The notes beneath the pieces are model-generated. The model saw only the letters and a program-made list of their open reading frames with translations, did no database searches and was not told the origin of the DNA. This document shows positions 25,607 through 33,651 of a DNA stretch of 47,765 nucleotides, in pieces. Position numbers and translations under genes: made by a program. Within the stretch, counting starts at the first letter, position 1. Each line of letters starts with the position of its first letter. This DNA comes from Octopus bimaculoides (taxonomy: Eukaryota): assembly GCF_001194135.2 (NCBI RefSeq), contig NC_068987.1, positions 57,824,142 through 57,871,906 on the forward strand, written 5' to 3'.

Positions 25607-25821
25607 GACAGACTTTTAATCCCAAAACTAAGACAGCTGGACATATAACGAAATATGAAATGCAACTGCGAGCAGTATATAAATATTTCTTATTGCAATA
25701 TTAGGCTTGAGTTAGTGTAGCATTTTAAAATATCACGCATATTTTTCGAGAGTTTCAATTACAAACAACAGATCATATATTACTTTACTTTCTTTTTTCT
25801 TTTCTTTCTTTCTTTCCTTTT

Positions 25822-25852
<31 letters not shown>

Positions 25853-26161
25853 CTCTCTCTCACACTATATCTTATTTAAAGTAGTTCTATTCGGCTCAAT
25901 GCGACTTACAATTTCGTGACCTTCTAGTAGAAAGTAACTCTTTCAGGATTAGATTACCGAATCTCTTCATGTGTGTGTGTGTGTATATATGTGTGTGTGT
26001 GTGTGTGGATGTGTGTGTGCGTGTATTTATAAATAATCCCTGATTCTATGAACCCTATAAACAAAGCAAGGCAACATTGAAATACAGTAGTATTAAGTTT
26101 TAAGATGCTGATCAAGTCTCATGCGGCAGAACAGCTTTCTTAGCTAATCGTTTGAGAGATC

Positions 26162-26242
26162 AATATATTATGGAATATATTATGGAATATATTATGGAAT
26201 ATATTATGGAATATATTATGGAATATATTATGGAATATATTA
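26162..26242. repeat. 12-bp minisatellite (GGAATATATTAT)n, running into an N-gap
   Basis: About 6.7 perfect units. This is the source of the IMEY repeat in ORF 26152-26514. Confidence 0.97.
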
Positions 26243-26567
26243 NNNNNNNNNNATATCGATCAGAAACAAATTTAAAGTGCTTATGTCTGAGTACCTATAT
26301 GCATACATTCCTATATAAATGCATAAAGATCTGTCTTATCTATCCTATCTGTTTTATATATACATACATATACATATACACACTCACACACATATATACA
26401 TACCACAAAAACATACAAACATATACATACACAGACATCTACATACGTAGATATATGAACACACAGAAACATATACATATATTCTGTGTGCCACACTTAC
26501 TTGTAGAGTCTTAATTATCACTCTTTACTCTCTTCAAACGAATCAAAAGGCTTTTATTTCTTTCAGC

Positions 26568-26910
26568 TCCCCAATGGCAGCGAATATGCTAACACAAGAA
26601 ATTAAAAGACATGCAATGTTTGTGCTATGTGCAAAATACCGAATTTTAGGAACTAAAAACTTTCTAAATATTGTAATATCTCTTGTACAGAAAGTGCTAA
26701 TGGTGTTGAAAGCCTCTGGCGGGAACGTATCAATATAATTCATCCAACGGATTCAGAATGCTATTGATTATGAACGCAGAAATACAACGACAATAAGCAC
26801 CAAAGAAAATCATGTGTCAGCTTCGATTATCAGAACTGTGGTGCCCGAGGTGATACGACACAAGGCGTATGTAGCGAGGAGAAGCCAATTTTCTCGAGTC
26901 TGTAAAGACA
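26568..26910 (+). mobile_element. N-terminal fragment of a Tc1/mariner-superfamily transposase (maT/rosa-like)
   Basis: MLTQEIKRHAMFV...FLNIVISLVQKVLMVLKASGGNVS...FIQRIQNAID...HVSASIIRTVVPEVIRHKAYVARRSQF resembles recalled KRHA...FLxVxxSxVxKV...EDIRYKSYVMRRGQF HTH regions. It is frameshifted. Confidence 0.65.
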
Positions 26911-27057
26911 CGAGAAAACCATTTGATCCGTGTCAAGTGCTTTGTGTTTGTGTGCCTGTGTTTGTTCACCACCATCGATACTTGACAATCAGAGTTGATG
27001 TACGTTATTTACATTATTTACATTTGACGGATGTTTGTCCTCATCATATTTGTTGTT

Positions 27058-27096
27058 GACACAACGTTTCGTCTAATATACCCTTCATCAGGTGCC
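27058..27096 (-). ncRNA. Minimal type I hammerhead ribozyme (stem II partly deleted)
   Basis: Minus strand reads GGCAC-CTGATGA-AGGGTATATTAGAC-GAAAC-GTT-GTGTC. Stem I GGCAC/GTGTC pairs, the CUGAUGA and GAAA core is intact, and stem III is the palindromic AACGTT with no loop. Confidence 0.7.
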
Positions 27097-27125
27097 TGGG
27101 CTCTCATTCCTAAGGTATTTTACGA

Positions 27126-27161
<36 letters not shown>

Positions 27162-27163
<2 letters not shown>

Positions 27164-27240
27164 TCACTGCTTGGAATCGAACACGGAATGTTGGGGATAG
27201 TAGCCTGCGCTCTTAACCACTATGCTATATGCCCGTGGGC
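27162..27240 (-). promoter_or_regulatory. tRNA-like internal Pol III promoter within the PLE 3' UTR
   Basis: A-box TAGCATAGTGG and B-box GTTCGATTCC at tRNA-like spacing, starting about 25-35 nt after the GIY-YIG stop codon. Confidence 0.7.
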
Positions 27241-27861
27241 AATTATAGAGTGAATTTTAGGGCTTATACATCTAATACTTTCCTATCCTTCCTTAATACC
27301 GGTTCCTATATGCTACTCATACCTGCACTCGGTCTGCTTAGGAGGTTGTTGTGTCCATGCATATGTACTGCATCTTTTAGTTTTCGTATTTTCCAGTGCT
27401 GTTCTCGGTCTATTACATTAACTTCATCCCACAAGAGGGAAGTGGTCTCCATTTTTCCATACATGATCAACTATACCCTATTTATCAATATCTCCTAGTG
27501 TCACAGCTTTGCGATGTATGTCTACCCTTCTTTAGAGGGGGCGGTATGTCTCGCATATAACATACCACAGCTGCATGGGATGGAGTACACACAGTCTTTG
27601 TTCATATTCTCTTCTATTGGTGGTTTTACTCGAAGGAGATATTTCCGAAGTGTTGTATTACTTTTGAATACTGTCCTGATGTCATATGGGCCGCATATCT
27701 TTTGTATCTATTCGGAGAGGCCTTTCACATAGGGTAGACAGACTGTGGAGACTTTATCGGTTTCATCCTCTCTTTTCTTCATAACTGTAGTGGAGAGTGT
27801 GCTTTTGCGGTAGTTATTGCTTATTGGAGTGGAGAGTATGCTTTTGGGGTAGTTGTTGCTT

Positions 27862-28283
27862 ATATAGACAGAGACCACTACCGGAAAATACGAAGACTAA
27901 AAGAAGCAGCACACATGCTAGGACACAACAAATTCCTAAGCAGACCGAGTGCAGATATGAACAGCATATGGGGACCGGTATCAAGGAAGGATAGGAGAAT
28001 ATTAGGTTTATAAGCCCTAAAATTCACTCCATAATTGCCCACGGGCATATGGCGTAGTGGTTAAGAGTGCGAGCTACAAACCTCAAGATTCCGAGTTCTA
28101 TTCCAAGCAGTGATAATAATAATAATAGTAATAACAACAACAACAACAACAACATCGAAAAAATACCTTGGGAATGAGAACCCACGTTCGAAATTTCCCC
28201 AAGACACCTGATGAAGACTGGAGGGTATAACAACAAACAAGATGAAGACAAATATCCGTCTAATGTAAATAATGTGCATAAGT
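27862..28283 (+). mobile_element. Inverted partial copy (pLTR arm) of the adjacent PLE 3' end
   Basis: Reverse-complement match to about 26995-27415 (about 24 mismatches in a 185-nt stretch counted by eye). It has A-box TGGCGTAGTGG, (AAT)/(AAC)n and GACAC-CTGATGA-A-GACTG at 28203-28220, and lacks the GAAAC half. Confidence 0.88.
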
Positions 28284-28819
28284 CTTGCTCTCTTAAATAT
28301 GGAACTATTATAATATTGATTTTTTTTCTAACATTACTCTTCATCAGTGAAAAGAATAAATGAATTCAACATAGTTTTGAAGTCAATAGTGCTTTTAAGA
28401 ATGAAAGAATAAAATATTTCTGGATATGCGTTCCAACTTTTGAATATTTATTGATAATAAACATTGATTTATATCAATTAGCTTGCATTTCATACAACGG
28501 CTGTAGTCTCTATTTCAGGAGGCATAATGACAGCATTTCATAGTGAATCTAATTAGTGATAAAAAGATATTTGTATATGTACATTCAAATAAACACTTTT
28601 ATGTGTGTGTGTGTGTGTATATATGTGTGTGTGTGTGTGTGTGTGTAATAAATAAANNNNNNNNNNGTGTGTGTGTGTGTGTGCGTGCGTGCGTGCGTGT
28701 GTGTGTGTGTCTGTGTGTATGAGAGAGAGAGAGAGTAAAGTGAGAAGGAGAGTGATAGTGTCTGACTGACGTGCATCGGTTCCTGTCTTCCTGTCTATGG
28801 ATGAGTTGCTCTGCCATTT

Positions 28820-29640
28820 TGCATCAAGTTGCCACACCGAAGTTGAAACTTTGTTATAGTACAAACTGCAGGCAATCTTTGTAACGGTCGGTTTTAAAGA
28901 AACTAGATAGCAACAAGTCAACCTCTCTGTAAGATGTCATGTTCCTTGTTCTTCGATCTATTCCAAAATTAGCGCTCACGGAATATCTGTCATGAATGGT
29001 CTTTAATTCGCTCATCGACGCCTTTCCATCAGTATCACACAATATACAGTGATCAGGGTATATAAAACTGCATATTTCACATGAACAGGACTCAAATTTA
29101 GTCCTATGAACATTCCATTTATTAAGCATAAACTAGTCGCCCTCTTACTGCCATAAAGGCTCACACGACCTTGTACATTTATTTGACCAGCATCAACTGA
29201 CGTGTTTTGGCATCGTGCCCCAACCCTGTGGCGGCGCATTTCCGATCAATCAGGAGACGAACTCGATTGGTCTCCATCTGGTTAATGATTGTCTCCGAAT
29301 AGCCGCTCCAGTCAGATTAGAACTTCAGGAGTGTCAGCAACACAGATGCCATAGCCAGTCTACAGTAGACATTTTCGAAGTCTATCGGGTAACGTGCTGC
29401 TCCAACGCCATTTGCTTTTCTCGGTATTCCTCACATATCATTATATAGCATTTGGAAGCAGGCATTTTTGCATTGCACTTAAAGTCGAAGAAATTAGACC
29501 AAGAGAACAGCAAAAGACAAAACGGTAATGTAATCTTTCCGTACAAGGCAAGAAGTCTGTAAATTCTCCTGCCACTTGCTACGGGTTGCTCCCACAACCC
29601 GATATTTTTGCTTTCAAGCTTATAGCAATGTAAAGATCCA
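28820..29640 (+). mobile_element. Highly degraded CRE-like (RLE-type) non-LTR retrotransposon C-terminal region
   Basis: Plus translation gives PKL...LRSIPKLAL...PQPCGGAFP...SIGLHLVNDCLRIAAPVRLELQECQQHRCHSQSTVDIFEVYRVTCCSNAICFSR...AGI...KRQNGNVIFPYKARSL. This resembles the recalled LRIAVxLRLG-CxxHxCxC-VD-H-C knuckle and KRPDG restriction-like endonuclease motif. Confidence 0.55.
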
Positions 29641-30245
29641 CTGCACAGAGTCCACATATTCATATTCATATACTCTCACATACCCCCACCTTTACTCCAC
29701 CCTCAGCCTACCCATATATCCCACCTCTACCTCCACCCTAAGCCTAACCCACACTCCACCCTTGCTTTCTCCCACTCTCACATCCCAACACCATCACACC
29801 ACACCACACATCACTACACCATACACCACCGTACCACACAACACCACATCACAACACATCACATCACACCACCATGCACACACTAACACTGACCACTTCT
29901 TCTCAGCACCACATCCACATACCTACACATACGCACACGCACACGTTAAGGTCAAGGTCACCAGCCCTCTTCTACACGCACATACATGCTCTCTTATGCA
30001 CACGCACGCGCACCTTCGTTTTGGGATCTCCACTACTTTCTAGCTCCGCTGTGAGACCCTCTCTCAGGCATTCGTCATAATAGATCGCTAGCCATTACAC
30101 ATTCTTAATTTTCTCTCCTTGTTTCTTTCTGTATTCCTTTCTGTGGAAGAGCGTAGGCTCGAAACGTTAAAGACTGTTTCACTTCCCAAGCGTTAAACTA
30201 ATACATCTTTTTGTTATCTACACCCGCTGTCTTCGTCTTTTGTTC
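29640..30245 (+). mobile_element. 3' UTR/terminal region of a Neptune-like PLE
   Basis: CA-rich tract and terminal motifs shared with 7685-8170 and 9740-10390. Confidence 0.7.
30137..30172 (+). ncRNA. Minimal type I hammerhead-like motif with a non-canonical CUGUGGA core
   Basis: CTTT-CTGTGGA-A-GAGC-GTAG-GCTC-GAAAC-GTT-AAAG: perfect 4-bp stem I, perfect 4-bp stem II with tetraloop, GAAA, palindromic AACGTT stem III, and U in place of A6. Confidence 0.6.
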
Positions 30246-31097
30246 AAATTTTGTGATTTCTCTCCCTAACATTTGAGTCTATTTCACCTGAATGTTGCTG
30301 ATAATGTTTTGTTTTTTTTAACGAATTACCTGCATAAATTTCCCATCTCGAAAATGCGAGTCTTTCGTTGTTAGTCTAAATAAAAATCAACTTTCCTTAC
30401 ATTTAAGTTTTAGATGAGATCATCCCTTTCCAAAAGTTCTCACCAGTAAATAGAGCGCACACCATATTTATAAAATGTCTAATGTATAATGAAGTCTCCT
30501 TATGAACGAACAATATATTTATAAGCCTTAGTATCGTTCATAGAGATACAATTTGCCAGAATTATTATGACATATAATTTTGTTAAGATATTAAAGCAGG
30601 AAACGAGAAAGAATTACGTAAAATTTATTGACTTGAGCAGAGAACCTAATTATACTACTACAGGAGAATACCAATGAAGCTAATTTAAGATTATGTCGGA
30701 AAAAGAAATTAGAAAGGATATGCAAATGACAAGTCACGGACGTTATCAAATGTGTTGAGAGAAATTTCATATACAACTTATGGCCAAATGATGAGAAATT
30801 TTACAAACTCTTGTGCAATTTGAGTCTGCTAAATTTAAGAGAAACACATTGTTTCATGCGGACTATTCTTTTCGTGAACTGCGAGTGAATACATGTTGAA
30901 AGTGAAAAAAGGTGCAGTTAATTGGGATAATTGTAGAGCAAGAATGACATTAGTGACAAACTGAATGATTCAATTTCGGCTGCTGGTCATAGACACTTTT
31001 CACACGAGCAGCAGTCAATTTTCAAAAGAAACACGGGATTGTCAAAATATTTCCCATTTCACAGACATTGGAAACATCCACTGAAACTTAATCATTG

Positions 31098-31123
31098 TAA
31101 TAATAATAATAATAATGATGATG

Positions 31124-31183
<60 letters not shown>
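31098..31183. repeat. (AAT)n microsatellite
   Basis: Direct reading. Confidence 0.98.
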
Positions 31184-31185
<2 letters not shown>

Positions 31186-31542
31186 TGACATAGCATGTTC
31201 CGGTGACAACAAGATCAATGTGAAAGAAGAAAAAATAAACAACTATGACGATTTGAAGTGAGAAATGCGAAGGTTGCTGTCAATGAGGAGAGTAGACGTG
31301 ATACCAATAGTAATTGGCGTACTTGGAAGTATCAGCATTCAACTACCAGCATAGCTGAAAAAGACTAGTACAAGTGTGAAAGTAGTAGAACACCTAAGAG
31401 TCAGCATTGCTTGGAACTGCAAGAAATCTTCGCAGGCATCTTGAAGCATGATCAGTAAACAAGTATCATCTTAGTCTGCTGGCTGTGGACAGTTGACAGT
31501 TCCCATCATACCCAGCAAAATAAACTGTGAGTTTTCATCACA
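31181..31542 (+). mobile_element. 5'-truncated R4/Dong-like LINE 3' end, copy 1 (RLE C-terminus and 3' UTR)
   Basis: IIDIACSGDNKINVKEEKINNYDDLK*EMRRLLSMRRVDVIPIVIGVLGS...LLGTARNLRRHLEA (across frameshifts) matches the RLE pattern IDxxxP-KExEK-KYxxL-VIPIVIGALG-ALLGTA. Confidence 0.8.
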
Positions 31543-31562
31543 TAATAATAATGATGATGATG

Positions 31563-31635
<73 letters not shown>

Positions 31636-31645
31636 TAATATTGAT
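31543..31645. repeat. (AAT)n microsatellite with GAT variants
   Basis: Direct reading. Confidence 0.98.
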
Positions 31646-31647
31646 AA

Positions 31648-32072
31648 TATTCTATGCCAACATTATGGAATAGCAACAGAAAAAAGATGGTATAAACACA
31701 CGCNNNNNNNNNNTCAATACCAGCAGATGACAACGTTTCTCTAAAAGAAATGGAAAAACTTTCAAAATACAAAGACCTGGAAATAGAGATAACTCGAATG
31801 TGGAATCTAAAAACAGAAACAATTCCTATCATAGTAGGTGCCTTAGGTATAATAAAAAAATATTCAGACAACTACATAACAAAAACACCAGGACTTACAA
31901 ATATATATAACATACAGAAAATTGCACTACTGGGTACTGCACACATTCTACGCAAAACACTTTCAATACAATAAACATAAGAGCACCACAGCAAACCACA
32001 GCACATACCCAAGGCGCACAGAGCTGCGCTCGGTAGTGAAGTGAAAGCACGTTATAAAAATAAAACTACTGA
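31648..32072 (+). mobile_element. 5'-truncated R4/Dong-like LINE 3' end, copy 2
   Basis: ILCQHYGIATEKRWYKHT-(gap)-SIPADDNVSLKEMEKLSKYKDLEIEITRMWNLKTETIPIIVGALG...IQKIALLGTAHILRKTLSIQ*, with the frame intact after the gap. It is followed by AATAATGATAATAATAATA. Confidence 0.88.
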
Positions 32073-32090
32073 ATAATGATAATAATAATA

Positions 32091-32245
32091 TGCCCTGATG
32101 CAATCTCAGGCACTGGCTCTCATGACTTCTGATCTTAATTGATTTGAAGTGATATCATGTACATGTTTTGTGTTGGTATAAAAGATGGGCTATAGCAAAT
32201 ATTCTGCTCAATACCACATATTTGCTTGCCAGTTACTTGACCTTA
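32091..32245 (+). mobile_element. Unclassified dispersed-repeat fragment
   Basis: Non-tandem segment wedged between the LINE tail and SINE A copies. It resembles recalled cephalopod repeat sequence but has no second copy in the window. Confidence 0.3.
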
Positions 32246-32380
32246 CTTGTTTTATCGACTTCGGAAGGATGAAAGGCAAAATCAACCTTGGCAGAATTTG
32301 AACTAAAAAAATGTGGCAACAGTCAAAATGCCGCTCTGCATTTCACCCGGCGTACTAACGATTCTGCCAGCTCACCGCCT
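32246..32380 (-). mobile_element. SINE family A copy (3'-truncated)
   Basis: Reverse complement of the family A head and body. Confidence 0.85.
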
Positions 32381-32401
32381 TCATAACATTAATATTTATG
32401 G

Positions 32402-32602
32402 TTTCAACTTTTGGCACAGGGCCAGCAATTTCAGAGGAAGGGGTAAGTCAATCACGTCAACCTGGTGCTCAACTGGTACTTATTTTATCGACTCGGAGGG
32501 GATGAAAGGAGAAGTCGACCTCGGTTAGCTTTGAATTCAGAACGTAAAGACGGAGGAAATGTTGCTAAGCATTTTGTCCGGAGTGCTAAGGATTTTACCA
32601 GC
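32402..32602 (-). mobile_element. SINE family A copy, tandem with the previous copy
   Basis: Reverse complement of family A. Confidence 0.85.
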
Positions 32603-33128
32603 ATTGCTATGTGAAAATCAGAGAAGTTTCAAAATCCCAAACATTATTACCAAAGTCAAAAACGCTATTTGGTTTTGCATGTTCTTGTTTAATGCCAAGT
32701 AAACCCTGATTGAGCAGACTTCTGATCGAAAACAATTAAAAGTTCACTATTCGTCTCTCGCAGAAAATGTAGGCTAACGTGATCTAATGCCTCTTTTTAC
32801 TTTTCTCAAGTGTAGAATATAAAACGAGGGTGATTTAACTGCTATTTAGCAAGATATATAATCCTGTAGAAGCTGCCTTTTTGGCTCAAAAATTTGCACG
32901 ATAGGAATGTACGTTCAGTAATGTAAATACAAAATAAATTATAGAGAGAAAATGCCTATTGTTCTTTATCTTTGGATGAAAATCATTATTCTTCACACTT
33001 GGTTAAGTGTCGATTATTGAATTTGCATCAATCAATAAGAGCAATATACTTTATCTTAAAATTTGTCTGCGTAATACACATGCACGTGTGCACACATACA
33101 GGTGCATATCTACAATAAATAGAGAGAA

Positions 33129-33267
33129 GTGATTAGAGCGTCGAGCTTACGATCACGAGGTTGTGAGTTCGAATCCCGGACTGGACTGGGTTGTGTTCTT
33201 GAGCAAGACACTTTATTTCACGTTGCTCCAGTTCACTCAGCTGTAGAAATGAGTTGCGACGTCACTG
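33129..33267 (+). mobile_element. tRNA-derived CORE-like SINE fragment
   Basis: B-box GAGTTCGAATCC followed by TTGAGCAAGACACTTTATTTCACGTTGCTCCAGTTCACTCAGCTGTAGAAATGAG, which resembles the CORE domain. Confidence 0.75.
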
Positions 33268-33612
33268 TATGTATATATATACATATATATATATATGTNN
33301 NNNNNNNNNNNNNNNNNNNNNNNNNNNNNNNNNNNNNNNNNNNNNNNNNNNNNNNNNNNNNNNNNNNNNNNNNNNNNNNNNNNNNNNNNNNNNNNNNNNN
33401 NNNNNNNNNNNNNNNNNNNNNNNNNNNNNNNNNNNNNNNNNNNNNNNNNNNNNNNNNNNNNNNNNNNNNNNNNNNNNNNNNNTATATATATATATATATA
33501 TGTATGTATATATACGTACATCCATACTGCATAATTCAATTCATACATGCCTACACACGCGCGTACACGTGTGTGTATTTCTGTGTATATATACATCATA
33601 TCTGTATGAATG

Positions 33613-33651
<39 letters not shown>

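Larger units (their letters stand above)
26995..27863 (-). mobile_element. 5'-truncated Poseidon/Penelope-type PLE: GIY-YIG C-terminal region and pLTR
   Basis: Minus translation with frameshifts gives NNYPKSIL...VCLPYVKGLSE*IQKICGPYDIRTVFKSNTTLRKYLLRVK...CVYSIPCSCG..Y(xGET)RP..RVDIHRKAV..GDIDK*GIVDHVW...WDEVNVIDREQHWKIRKLKDAVH...LLSRPS. The 3' UTR carries a tRNA-like module, (AAT)n, a hammerhead and an (AATGTAAAT)-like tail. Confidence 0.88.

Noticed and set aside
26162-26242. CRISPR-like or other spacer-interrupted arrays anywhere in the window
   Set aside because: All tandem repeats are contiguous without unique spacers, there are no cas-like genes, and the context is eukaryotic.
26152-26514. 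IMEY-repeat protein
   Set aside because: It is a 12-bp minisatellite running into a gap and then into TA/CA low-complexity sequence.
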